From IMG/VR virus record IMGVR_UViG_3300045988_064919, positions 1 through 28,832 of that record: a DNA stretch of 28,832 nt. The stretch is one strand, 5' to 3'. Shown in pieces: positions 6,365 through 15,575 of the stretch. The DNA is from a virus. Positions within the stretch are counted from its first letter, which is position 1. Every line of letters starts with the position of its first letter. Below the pieces are notes generated by a model that had not been told where the DNA came from, searched no databases, and was given only the letters and a program-made list of their open reading frames with translations. The translations under genes were made by a program, and so were the position numbers.

Positions 6365-7682
6365 GCCTGCGCCTTTCAATCAAAAACAATTAACTTATCT
6401 TAAAAGAACATTTGATTCATGGCTTAATGTTTTAGAAGGTGGAAAACGTGGAGGAAAGAACGTACTGAACACGTACGCATTCTGCGTTGCATTAGAAACA
6501 CATCCGGATAAGTTCCATTTGATAGCAGGAACGGATACATCATCTGCACGTGTAAATATTGGAGATTGTAATGGATACGGATTGCAGAACTATTTTGCTA
6601 ATAGATTCAAGGTAGGGAAGTATGAAGGTAAAGATTGCTACTACATCAATACAAAGGTAGGGGAAAAGGTTGTATTCTTTGCCGGTGGTGCTAAAAAAGG
6701 CTCAGAGAATGCAATACATGGTTATTCATACGGAATGGCATACGTCACAGAAGCAAACCTTTGTTGTATAGAGTTCTTACAAGAAGTGATGGATAGAACG
6801 ATAGCGTCAAGCGATAGAAAAATATTTCATGATTTAAACCCCAAAGGAAAGAATCATTGGTATTACACAGATTTCTTGAAATATCATGAGGAGCAACAGA
6901 ATAAAGATTCTACATATGGTTATAACTATGGGCATACAACCTTAGTTGACAATTATTCTTTAAGTGATGAGCAGATAAGAACGGTCTTGAAATCATACGA
7001 TAAGAATAGCGTTTATTACAAAAGAGATATAAAAGGGCAAAGGGAAGAAGCCGAAGGACTTGTGTTCCCTTATTTTGCTAATAACTGCAAACCTTATTTA
7101 TTCAAGTATCAGAGTCTAAAAAGAAAGATGAATGAAACAGGAAAAAGGTTCAGTCATTTAATCATTGGAGTTGACTTTGGAGACAATGGCTCGAAATATT
7201 CATGGCATTTAACAGGGTTTACAAATGATTGGGATTATATGTGGGCACTTGATGAAGGAGACATGGCAAAGTCAAATGCAATAGACGCAACAAAGTTCTG
7301 CAAAGCATTTGTAAGGTTCTATAAGCGTTGTATTGAATGTTACGGGTATGTAGAATGGATATTTTGCGATAGTGCTTCTAATACGCTAATAAACACGCTT
7401 AGAGCTTATTATTACGCCGAAGGATTAGACGGAAGTATAATTGCACCTGTCAAGAAGAATGAGCTTACAGACCGTCCTATAACGGTTGATAGCTTACTTG
7501 TTACAGGAAGATTGAAGATAGAAGAACATTGTAAGAATTTAATAAACGCATTAAGCGAATTGGTATGGGATGAAAAGAAAGATATTCCCAAAGATGAGAA
7601 CGTAAACAATATCAATGATGATTGGGATTCGTTCTGCTATACATTTATAACCCATAGTGGATATATAGATTTAAGGAGGTAA
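6348..7682 (+). CDS. terL: Terminase large subunit (PBSX/XtmB type)
   Basis: 444 aa. Walker-A-like LEGGKRGGKN, nuclease-half motifs (VDFGDN..., FCDSA). Sits between TerS and portal. Confidence 0.85.
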   Translation: MKTLNKPAPFNQKQLTYLKRTFDSWLNVLEGGKRGGKNVLNTYAFCVALETHPDKFHLIAGTDTSSARVNIGDCNGYGLQNYFANRFKVGKYEGKDCYYINTKVGEKVVFFAGGAKKGSENAIHGYSYGMAYVTEANLCCIEFLQEVMDRTIASSDRKIFHDLNPKGKNHWYYTDFLKYHEEQQNKDSTYGYNYGHTTLVDNYSLSDEQIRTVLKSYDKNSVYYKRDIKGQREEAEGLVFPYFANNCKPYLFKYQSLKRKMNETGKRFSHLIIGVDFGDNGSKYSWHLTGFTNDWDYMWALDEGDMAKSNAIDATKFCKAFVRFYKRCIECYGYVEWIFCDSASNTLINTLRAYYYAEGLDGSIIAPVKKNELTDRPITVDSLLVTGRLKIEEHCKNLINALSELVWDEKKDIPKDENVNNINDDWDSFCYTFITHSGYIDLRR

Positions 7683-7685
7683 GAA

Positions 7686-9089
7686 ATAGAAACATCTAAC
7701 ACACGTAGACCGTGGTTTCAGAATTACCTTAACGAAAGAGGGTATTATGTAGACACAAACGCAATTGAGATTATTGAATTGTGTAATAAGTGGTATACAA
7801 ATACCGAAACAGAATTTCATACGGCATATACCTTGAACAATGAGGAATACACGTTAGACAAAGCAGACTTTGCGAAACGTTTATGCGAAGATGACGCAAA
7901 CCTTATTGAAATCCTAGATATAAACGCAACAGATGATAGCGTTACAAATGACATTATTTCGGATATTCTAAACAAGAATAGATTTGATGTAATGTACAGG
8001 AAACAAGTTGAGCAGATGTCTGCAAATGGTACGGTAGGAGCTTATGTGACGGTATCAAATGCCGAGATTTACGAAGATGGTTCATTTAGTGGAGGAGAAA
8101 TCAAAATCAACTATTGTGATTCAATGAATATCCTTCCATTAACTGTTATCAATGATGAAATAGTTGAGGTAGCTTTCGTTGGGGTAAATTACGAAAAATT
8201 AAAAAAAGTATATGTCATGGTCATGTTCTTAAAAGGACAAGACGAAAGATATATTGCAGAAACACATTACTTTAAAGATACAGGCGAAGAAATAAAAGAC
8301 CGTGCTCAGATTGTTCAATTAGATGTTGTAAAGCCGTTTGCAATCATGAGAAATGCAAAGGTTAACAACTTACAAATGCAAGGGTACGGTTTGCCGAAGA
8401 TTTGGAGTGCAATTGCTCCTTTGAAAACAATTGATTTAACAATGACAATGTGGAATAGAGATTTGTTAAAATCCGATAAAATTGTTCTTGTGAATGAAGC
8501 ATTAATGCAGAAAGACGAGAATGGAAAGATTAAGATGAATCCACAAATGAAAAAGATATTCGTTCAGTTAGGCAGAGATAAGCTTCCGGAAGAAAAAGCT
8601 TTATGGCAGGAATACAATCCAACAGTTAGAACGGCAGAGGTTGTTCAGTCACTAGAAACGGCGTTAAGTATCTTATCAATGATGTTTGGATTCGGCACGA
8701 AGAAATACACCTTTGAAAGTGGAAGAATCGTGACGGCTACAGAATATATCGGTGAGAATCAAGACGCAATGAAAGAAGTGAATTCACAACGTAAAGAGTC
8801 TACTGCATATATTAAAGATATCATTCAAGCAATAGCGTACTTCTACGAATTAACACAAGGCAGAAAGCTTAATATCAATTCATTAGACATTTCGATTGAT
8901 TATGACGATACATATATTGAGGACAAGCAAAGCACTGCAGAATCGTTAAGAAATGACGCATTAACATTTGATATTCCAAGATTAAAGATTATGTATTTCA
9001 TGAAGCAATATGGATTCACAGAAGAAGAAGCTACAGAATTGTTGAATGAAGAAATTCAAGATGATGGAGAGGGGGATGAAGAAGAATAG
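7686..9089 (+). CDS. Portal protein (SPP1 Gp6-like), apparent ATA start
   Basis: AAGGAGGT (7673-7680) + 5 nt + ATA GAA ACA. The frame opens at 7683. The first canonical start is TTG 7779, 31 codons downstream, with no SD. Size and position fit a portal; acidic C-terminus. Confidence 0.75.
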   Translation: METSNTRRPWFQNYLNERGYYVDTNAIEIIELCNKWYTNTETEFHTAYTLNNEEYTLDKADFAKRLCEDDANLIEILDINATDDSVTNDIISDILNKNRFDVMYRKQVEQMSANGTVGAYVTVSNAEIYEDGSFSGGEIKINYCDSMNILPLTVINDEIVEVAFVGVNYEKLKKVYVMVMFLKGQDERYIAETHYFKDTGEEIKDRAQIVQLDVVKPFAIMRNAKVNNLQMQGYGLPKIWSAIAPLKTIDLTMTMWNRDLLKSDKIVLVNEALMQKDENGKIKMNPQMKKIFVQLGRDKLPEEKALWQEYNPTVRTAEVVQSLETALSILSMMFGFGTKKYTFESGRIVTATEYIGENQDAMKEVNSQRKESTAYIKDIIQAIAYFYELTQGRKLNINSLDISIDYDDTYIEDKQSTAESLRNDALTFDIPRLKIMYFMKQYGFTEEEATELLNEEIQDDGEGDEEE

Positions 9090-9892
9090 CAACTACATAT
9101 TTTCCGTTCGTATCAAGGAGCGGTGATAGATTAGTATTATATGATGCATTCAGAAGATTGTTTTCAAGCTATTTCACGAATGGTGTATTCATAGATGATT
9201 CTAGTTCAGACCATTTACGAGTTGTTAAAGCTCAAGGATTGACATTAACGGTTAAAGCAGGGAGAGCGAATATTAATGGAGCATTCTATTGGCAGAAAGA
9301 TGACGAAACCATCACACTAAAAAAGAATAGCGCTACTAAAAGCTACAATATTATTCTTAGATTGAATGATAATGACGCATACAGAAACATCACCTTAGTA
9401 GCAAGTGATATTAATGATGGAATCACAAGAAGTTATTCTATTTATGATTTAGTGTTGGCTACGGTTACAGTGACAGGCAATGCAAGTGAAATTAAAGGTT
9501 CAGATATTACAGATACAAGATTAGATTCAACACGTTGTGGAGCAGTTACGAGCGCTATTAAGAGCGTACAATCGTTGGATTTATTCACTCAAGTAACGGA
9601 GCTATTCAAGGAAATTAAGGCTCAGAATGAATCTGAAATGAATGCAAATAGAACAGAGTTCAACGATTGGTTTAAAACTGTAAAAGATACATTGGATGAG
9701 AATACGGCAGGAAAGCTATCGAACAGAATTTCAAATATTGAAAATATGATTATGGAGAATCATTTCACTACGATTCTATTAACAGAAGATGGAACACTAG
9801 TGGATGAGAGCGGTCATGAAATTCTAGCCGATTGGGCGTATGAAGTCGAATCCGGTGAAGTAGGTACCGATTGGACTTACAAGGTGAAATAG
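9086..9892 (+). CDS. Fibre/baseplate-associated structural protein (N-terminal MATTYFPF...GDR family), apparent ATA start overlapping the portal TAG
   Basis: GGAGAGGGGGA (9066-9076) then ATA GCA ACT ACA TAT TTT CCG. The ATAG overlap makes the A at 9088 the middle base of the portal stop. The first canonical start is TTG 9158. Confidence 0.55.
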   Translation: MATTYFPFVSRSGDRLVLYDAFRRLFSSYFTNGVFIDDSSSDHLRVVKAQGLTLTVKAGRANINGAFYWQKDDETITLKKNSATKSYNIILRLNDNDAYRNITLVASDINDGITRSYSIYDLVLATVTVTGNASEIKGSDITDTRLDSTRCGAVTSAIKSVQSLDLFTQVTELFKEIKAQNESEMNANRTEFNDWFKTVKDTLDENTAGKLSNRISNIENMIMENHFTTILLTEDGTLVDESGHEILADWAYEVESGEVGTDWTYKVK

Positions 9893-9903
9893 ATGTGATA
9901 CAT

Positions 9904-10439
9904 ATGAACGTTATTGAGGTTGATGTAGGAAAGACAAAGTTATTCAGTATTGGACAACAATACAATAGCAATGCATTAGTTATTCATTTTGTTAATTTGC
10001 CGAATTGAAAAAATAAATACATTTATTATAAGATTGATGACATTGAAGAAGAAATTCCTTTAGTAAGTGATTTATTTATCGTGTCTAGGCCATTAATGCT
10101 TCATAGCGGAGAAGTTAAAGCTTAAATCATCACACGTGAATGTATTCATTCCATTCGAAGCAAAAGCCGGTACGCTATTTACACAAATTACCCTACAACC
10201 GTACTGACATCAGAAAGCGAAATATCTGTTGGGTATGTAGCGGATACGGAAGCATATATCGAAAAGAGAATTAAAGAAGAGAATCAATCTCTGCAAAAAC
10301 AAATTCTCGAAATTCAAAACGCTTTAATTAGTCAGAAAATTTCGGATGTATAATCCAAGCTAAAAGCAGTGCAAAGTTGCCAATTCAGAATCTAAGAGTA
10401 TTCGGCGTTGGAACAGAAACTTGGAAAGAAATCATGTAG
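9904..10439 (+). pseudogene. Disrupted structural-module gene (in-frame TGA 10006-10008 and TAA 10123-10125, probable frameshift near 10340)
   Basis: One frame reads MNVIEVDVGKTKLFSIGQQYNSNALVIHFVNLPN*KNKYIYYKIDD...GEVKA*IITRE...YIEKRIKEENQSLQKQILEIQNALISQKISDV*. A protein-like continuation follows in another frame to TAG 10437-10439. Confidence 0.5.
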
Positions 10440-10495
10440 TAAACTAAATAAGAATATAGTTGATTAATTGAATATATAAAAAAAGGAGGAATAAC

Positions 10496-11407
10496 ATGGC
10501 AGGAAAACAAGTGACAGAGCTAGACACATTGCCTAGCTTTACAGATACAAGCTTATTGCCTGTGCACAATGGTGCAGGATTAAAAAAGGGATTATTATCA
10601 CAATTAGCGAATTATTTAGGAAACAAATTCAGTAATCCGAATTTATTGATTAATCCTGATTTTAAAATTAATCAGAGAGCAAAAAGTACTTACAGTTCTA
10701 CCGGAGCAGGATGTACGGTTGACAGATGGATTGGAACAAACGTAAAGACGGTAGTCAATTCAGATGGTACTGTATCTGTATCTTCTTTAAGTGGTACAGG
10801 ATATTATACGCAACACGAAGAAAGTATTTCATACGGAAAACATACGTATTCAATTTATGTTCAAGCAATTACCGGAACAGTAAAAGCTTTTTATAAAAGC
10901 AAGAATTCAAAAGATGTTGAATTAGGAACATTAAAGAAGGGATTGAATATCTTTACATCAGTTGATGATGGATTTAAAAGCATTTTCTTAAGCGTCGCAG
11001 GAAGTTCATCTGTAACTTTGAAATATGCAAAGGTAGAGCAAGGAACAGTAGCAACAACATTTATTGCACCTAACATGGCAGAAGAATTAATTAAATGCTA
11101 TAGATTCTATCAGATTGTGAGCATTGATATGTCAAAGATATCATTTGATGGAAATCAAGGCTTTATTTCATTTACGCCGAAAGTTAAGATGAGAAGTACG
11201 CCAACAATAGGTTATTGGACAAACAAACTTTATATGCGTAAATCCTATACAGATATGACACTTGAAGAATTGGCATTTAATAAAGCGTGGGCTTCCAGTG
11301 ATACCGTAATCGGTGTGGGGTTTAATGTTTCTTATAATAGAATATCTATGCTAACGCCAATCAATAATCATTTAGACAGATTCGAATTGGACGCGGAAAT
11401 TTATTAG
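10496..11407 (+). CDS. Tail fibre / receptor-binding-like protein (XkdV-position)
   Basis: ATG after AAAGGAGG. The N-terminus MAGKQVTELDTLPSFTDTSLLPVHNGAGLKKGLLSQLANYL is typical of fibre proteins. It is followed by XkdX-type genes. Confidence 0.5.
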   Translation: MAGKQVTELDTLPSFTDTSLLPVHNGAGLKKGLLSQLANYLGNKFSNPNLLINPDFKINQRAKSTYSSTGAGCTVDRWIGTNVKTVVNSDGTVSVSSLSGTGYYTQHEESISYGKHTYSIYVQAITGTVKAFYKSKNSKDVELGTLKKGLNIFTSVDDGFKSIFLSVAGSSSVTLKYAKVEQGTVATTFIAPNMAEELIKCYRFYQIVSIDMSKISFDGNQGFISFTPKVKMRSTPTIGYWTNKLYMRKSYTDMTLEELAFNKAWASSDTVIGVGFNVSYNRISMLTPINNHLDRFELDAEIY

Positions 11408-11416
11408 GAGGAAGTT

Positions 11417-11764
11417 ATGGAGAACGAATATAAAGTATACGTATCCTTACAAGATGGATACATCACATCTATTAATTCAGAAATCTTTTTATCAGAAGAA
11501 GAAATGTCAACTATGACAGAGATTGACAAAGGGCAAGGTGATAAATACGCACACGCACAAAGTCAATATTTAGAAAAAGGATTAGTTGATGAACACGGAA
11601 GATATAATTATAAATATGTAGAAGGTAAAGTGATTGAGGTTGCAGAAGCAGATAAACCTACAATTGAAGAACCAAAAGCATTACCAACTGAGCAAGAGAA
11701 GATTAATGCACAATTAATGTTACAAATTGCACAATTAAAAGTTCAATTGAATGGGGTGAAATAG
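11417..11764 (+). CDS. Hypothetical fibre-associated protein (XkdW position)
   Basis: ATG after AGGAGG. 115 aa. Assigned by synteny only. Confidence 0.4.
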   Translation: MENEYKVYVSLQDGYITSINSEIFLSEEEMSTMTEIDKGQGDKYAHAQSQYLEKGLVDEHGRYNYKYVEGKVIEVAEADKPTIEEPKALPTEQEKINAQLMLQIAQLKVQLNGVK

Positions 11765-11765
11765 T

Positions 11766-11885
11766 ATGAGTTATGAATTAATTAAATCGTATTATGAATT
11801 AGGCTTATTCACAAAGAGCGACTTAGAACTCTTTGCTTCTATTGGATGGATTACAGAAAAGCAGAAGAAAGAGTTAATTAAATAG
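11766..11885 (+). CDS. XkdX-family small protein
   Basis: 39 aa: MSYELIKSYYELGLFTKSDLELFASIGWITEKQKKELIK matches the XkdX pattern (YY..g.ft..dl..fv..g.IT...y..i). Not in the ORF track because it is short. Confidence 0.6.
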   Translation: MSYELIKSYYELGLFTKSDLELFASIGWITEKQKKELIK

Positions 11886-11901
11886 GCTTTAAAAGCGTTT
11901 T

Positions 11902-11923
11902 AAAGGGCTTAAATGCCCTTTTT
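11902..11923 (+). terminator. Rho-independent terminator closing the fibre cassette
   Basis: AAAGGGC-TTAAAT-GCCCTTT followed by a T run. Confidence 0.65.
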
Positions 11924-11939
11924 ATATAGGAGCATATAA

Positions 11940-13121
11940 ATGTTAAGTGAAGAAGAACAAATGGAACAAGAACGCAAAGAACGGCAAGAAAAAAGAAAGC
12001 AAGAGCGCTTGCAAAAGCAAATTGAGAAAAGAAGAAAGCTTGAAGAAAGAGAACGAAAAAGTGTAAAGCGTGCAAGTGTATTTGAATTAGGAATGATGAT
12101 ATTCGTGTCTAATAAAATTCGTGAAGTTTTAGAAAAAGCCACCGAAGAAAATGCAAAATTTAATGAGATATTGGCAAAATCACTCGTGGATTTGCGTAAA
12201 TTCACAAAAAAAGAATCAAAAAGCCTAAAAAAAGATGTAATCAATGAATCAAAAAAGGACTTTGAAGAAAATAAGAATGGAACACTTGATTTAATTGAAG
12301 TTGGAAGTGGAAAGCCTATCAAAAAGAAGCTCAAGATAGATTTATATATTAGTCCACAAGACGAGACTTCAAAGCGTTGGAAGAAATATATCAAGACAAG
12401 TGCTAACACGTATGCAATCGGTAAAGATAAACTACCGGTATTCTTTACAAAAGTAGTTCAAGAAGAAGTTAAGAATGTAGTAGGTGGTAAATGCACAATT
12501 GATGATTCTTGTAGAAAAGCTATTTCTAAATTAGCAGACAGTGGCGTAAAGATTGTGGAATATGATACAGGAGTTAAAAGAAATGTAGATGTGTGGGTAA
12601 GGCAACAAATGCAGTACGCAGAAAAGGAATCATCACAAGAAATTAACAATAAATACGCTAAAGATATGGGAGTTACTGTATTCGAGTTTGACGCTCACGC
12701 AAACGCACGTCCAAGTCATAAGAAGTGGCAAGGGAAACGCTACGACACGCAAGGGAAACTATATCCTAGCTTGTTTCAGTTAACACATGGAGAAGAAAAA
12801 GATTACGGGTGTAGGCACTTTGCTCAACCTGTTTGGGATGTTGATATGCCTTACGCTTACACAAAAGAGCAGTTAAAGAATATTGATACGAAACCTTTCA
12901 TGTTTCAAGGAAAAGAATATGAAGGATATGAAGCTAGACAGTATCAAAGAGAACTAGAAAGAAATATCAGAGCGTTGAAAAGGGAAATAATCTTATTGGA
13001 CAATCAAGGATTAGGCAGTACAGAAGCCAGAATCAAGCTAAAACACGCAAATGCAACGTATAAAGCTTTCAGTTCTGAAATGGGAGACAGAGTTCACAAC
13101 GATAGGCTTAGAATTGGCTAA
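11940..13121 (+). CDS. Head morphogenesis protein (SPP1 gp7 / Mu F-like) with Glu/Lys/Arg-rich N-terminus
   Basis: FDAHANARPSHKKWQGKRYD resembles the gp7/MuF motif. Normally encoded directly after the portal gene. Confidence 0.65.
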   Translation: MLSEEEQMEQERKERQEKRKQERLQKQIEKRRKLEERERKSVKRASVFELGMMIFVSNKIREVLEKATEENAKFNEILAKSLVDLRKFTKKESKSLKKDVINESKKDFEENKNGTLDLIEVGSGKPIKKKLKIDLYISPQDETSKRWKKYIKTSANTYAIGKDKLPVFFTKVVQEEVKNVVGGKCTIDDSCRKAISKLADSGVKIVEYDTGVKRNVDVWVRQQMQYAEKESSQEINNKYAKDMGVTVFEFDAHANARPSHKKWQGKRYDTQGKLYPSLFQLTHGEEKDYGCRHFAQPVWDVDMPYAYTKEQLKNIDTKPFMFQGKEYEGYEARQYQRELERNIRALKREIILLDNQGLGSTEARIKLKHANATYKAFSSEMGDRVHNDRLRIG

Positions 13122-13217
13122 AACGCTCACATTGTGAGCTATTATGTAAGCTAAAATATAGTTAGCCAAAGCCATACCGGAGAAGATTCGGTTTATAAAT
13201 AACTTTAGGAGGGCAAA

Positions 13218-13802
13218 ATGAAAAACATTATTGAAATTTTAAAAGAATCAAACATTGAATTAACCAAAGAGCAAGAGGAATCAATTACAAAGCTAGTAAA
13301 TGATAACTACAAGACAATTGCAGAGTTCGACAAGCAAAAAGATAAGCTATCTTTAGCAGAGAACAACGCAAAGGAAATTCAAACAAAGTTTGATAATTTC
13401 AAAAAGAGCTATGATGGAGTTGATGTAGAAGAATTAAAAAATAAAATTAATACATTGACGAATGATATTGACACTCAAAAGAAAAACTACGAAACTCAGA
13501 TTAGCAAAATGAATCTTGATTCTGTATTAAGTGCAAAAGCAAAAGAATACGGATGTAAAGATTTCGATTTAGCAAAATCACAATTCAACTATGATGATTT
13601 ACTAAATTCAAAAGACCAAACAAATGACATTGACAAAGCTTTTAAGACATTAAAAGAAAATAAGCCAATCTTATTTGAGGAAAATCAAAATGAACCTGTT
13701 GCCAAAGGAAATATCGTTGGAAACAGTGGGCAAGGAGATAACCCAAACGCCGAAGATTTATTGTTACGACAGGCAATGGGCTTAACTACAGAAAAGAAAT
13801 AA
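13218..13802 (+). CDS. Scaffolding protein
   Basis: ATG after AGGAGGG. Coiled-coil, charged, 194 aa, immediately upstream of the capsid gene. Confidence 0.6.
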   Translation: MKNIIEILKESNIELTKEQEESITKLVNDNYKTIAEFDKQKDKLSLAENNAKEIQTKFDNFKKSYDGVDVEELKNKINTLTNDIDTQKKNYETQISKMNLDSVLSAKAKEYGCKDFDLAKSQFNYDDLLNSKDQTNDIDKAFKTLKENKPILFEENQNEPVAKGNIVGNSGQGDNPNAEDLLLRQAMGLTTEKK

Positions 13803-13816
13803 GGAGGATTTAATTA

Positions 13817-14686
13817 ATACCAAATGAAATTGCATTAGCTAAAACGTATGTCTCAAATTTGGATGAGGTATATAAGTCAGCTTCAGTTACAGGTGATTTA
13901 AATGCAGACGCTACAATGGTAAGAGCAGGAGCAAATGCAAAAGAAATCATCTATCCACAAATTTCTGTTAACGGTTTAGGAAACTACGATAGAAACAGTG
14001 GCTATACAGGTAACTCAGTTAAGTTAGAATGGAAAACTGCTACATTCGACTATGATAGAGGAACTAAAATCTCTGTTGATACTCAAGACAATGCAGAATC
14101 AATGAATATTGCATTCGGTAGGGCAGGAGCGGAATTAATGCGAACAAAGGTAGCGCCGGAAGCGGACGCTTACACATTCGCTAAAATTGCAAGCACAACA
14201 GGAATCACAAAGGTTTCAGAAGATTATACAGGTGCAGAAGAATTCTTGAGCGCATTGTTAACGGCTATCACTAAAATGGATGAGGATGAAGTTCCTAGCG
14301 AACAACGTATCTTGTATTCAACACCAACATTATTAAATAGCGTTAAGGCGTTGGACACTTACAAATCTCGTGAAGCTTTACAAGGATTTGCAAAGGTTGT
14401 TCCTGTACCTGCTAGCCGTTTCTATACAAAAATCAAATTGTTGAGTGGAAAAGATACAGAGTTAGAAGGCGGATACGAAAAAGCGGAGGATGGACACGTA
14501 ATCAACTTCTTGATTGTTTACAAACCTGCCGTTATGAAATGGGATAAACACACCGTTTCAAATGTAATTCCGGCAAGCAATAACATTGAATCAGATTCAG
14601 ATGTATTGAAATATCGTAAGTATGGAATCGTTGACGTATACCAAAATAAGGTAGCAGGTATTTACTTATCTGCTAGTGCTAAGTAA
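13817..14686 (+). CDS. Major capsid protein, apparent ATA start
   Basis: AAGGAGG (13801-13807) + 9 nt + ATA CCA AAT GAA. The frame opens at 13814. The first canonical start is TTG 13859, with no SD. N-terminus ...YVSNLDEVYKSASVTGDL and the position after the scaffold gene fit a capsid protein. Confidence 0.7.
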   Translation: MPNEIALAKTYVSNLDEVYKSASVTGDLNADATMVRAGANAKEIIYPQISVNGLGNYDRNSGYTGNSVKLEWKTATFDYDRGTKISVDTQDNAESMNIAFGRAGAELMRTKVAPEADAYTFAKIASTTGITKVSEDYTGAEEFLSALLTAITKMDEDEVPSEQRILYSTPTLLNSVKALDTYKSREALQGFAKVVPVPASRFYTKIKLLSGKDTELEGGYEKAEDGHVINFLIVYKPAVMKWDKHTVSNVIPASNNIESDSDVLKYRKYGIVDVYQNKVAGIYLSASAK

Positions 14687-14790
14687 TGACAGTGGAAATT
14701 GGATGGGGTTATCCTTCTAAAGTTGAAAATCCTAAAAAAGGTAAACCTCAAACAAAAAAAGAGGAAGCTAAACCTAAAAAAGAAAAATAG
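14686..14790 (+). CDS. Possible 34-aa Lys-rich protein
   Basis: The ATG shares one base with the capsid stop codon (TAATG). MTVEIGWGYPSKVENPKKGKPQTKKEEAKPKKEK. Confidence 0.3.
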   Translation: MTVEIGWGYPSKVENPKKGKPQTKKEEAKPKKEK

Positions 14791-14809
14791 CATTAAAGGG
14801 GGTTGTAAA

Positions 14810-15157
14810 ATGAACAATATCTTAGATTGGGAATATTACAATTCCCATTTTCCTAAGTTTGATGAAAATCAATTCAATCAGTATTCTTACAAAGCAGAAG
14901 CAGTTGTATTTAAGTATGTTAATGTTGATTCTATTAATGAACAGAACGAAAACACTTTAAAAGATTGTATTTGCGATGTATTAAACAATGTAATCTTTCA
15001 AGATTCAGTTGATGGTGTATCAAGTATTTCAAATGGTGGATATTCCAAAAGCTTTATAAACACTACACACTCAGACAAAAGAAACACGATTGAGGATATC
15101 ATAGCCTTTTGGTTAGGTGATACAGATTTAATGAAAGAAAGATGGATTGCATTATGA
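14810..15157 (+). CDS. Head-tail connector / DNA-packaging (gp6-like) protein
   Basis: ATG after AAAGGGGG (preferred to the TTG 14699 of the track). Assigned by position after the capsid gene. Confidence 0.5.
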   Translation: MNNILDWEYYNSHFPKFDENQFNQYSYKAEAVVFKYVNVDSINEQNENTLKDCICDVLNNVIFQDSVDGVSSISNGGYSKSFINTTHSDKRNTIEDIIAFWLGDTDLMKERWIAL

Positions 15158-15573
15158 TAGGATTCTTTGAAGATTCAATCACGCTTGTAAATCACTACTA
15201 TGATACATTGACAAGAGAAGATAGGTTTCAAGCTTCTATTCTTGATAAATGTATGTGGAGACAATCAACTGTTAGAACTGCAAACGGTAATATTCTGAGC
15301 ATAGCCACATCCACAAATATTACCATTCTATATCGTGATGGATATGTTGAACCTTACGCATACGCAAAGCTTTCAAATGATGAGAAACAAAAACACTTCA
15401 CATTAAATACGGATAAGACAGATTTCGTGTTCTTTGGAAAAGTGAAAGAAGACTTATCTAGTATTAAATCAATAAACGAAGCTAAGAAGAAATACAAATG
15501 GACAACAATCCAAAGTGTTACAGATTGTACGAATGTCGATATGTTGAAGCACTGGGAGGTTGTTTGTCAATAG
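15154..15573 (+). CDS. Head closure / minor capsid-type protein
   Basis: ATGA overlap with the preceding gene. Assigned by synteny. Confidence 0.45.
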   Translation: MIGFFEDSITLVNHYYDTLTREDRFQASILDKCMWRQSTVRTANGNILSIATSTNITILYRDGYVEPYAYAKLSNDEKQKHFTLNTDKTDFVFFGKVKEDLSSIKSINEAKKKYKWTTIQSVTDCTNVDMLKHWEVVCQ

Positions 15574-15575
15574 GA

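Noticed and set aside
11909-12409. Antisense ORFs in the track: 166 aa at 11909..12409(-), plus 25..252(-), 262..483(-), 3544..3783(-), 16599..16886(-), 17653..17922(-), 22482..22802(-), 25275..25508(-) and others
   Set aside because: These are shadow ORFs opposite well-supported + strand genes. They lack SD sequences, have low-complexity or implausible composition, and would break the uniform operon orientation.
14699-14809. TTG 14699 start for the connector gene (Lys-rich leader MDGVILLKLKILKKVNLKQKKRK...)
   Set aside because: ATG 14810 has a proper SD (AAAGGGGG). The upstream stretch is better explained by a small ORF in another frame (14686..14790) or by non-coding sequence.
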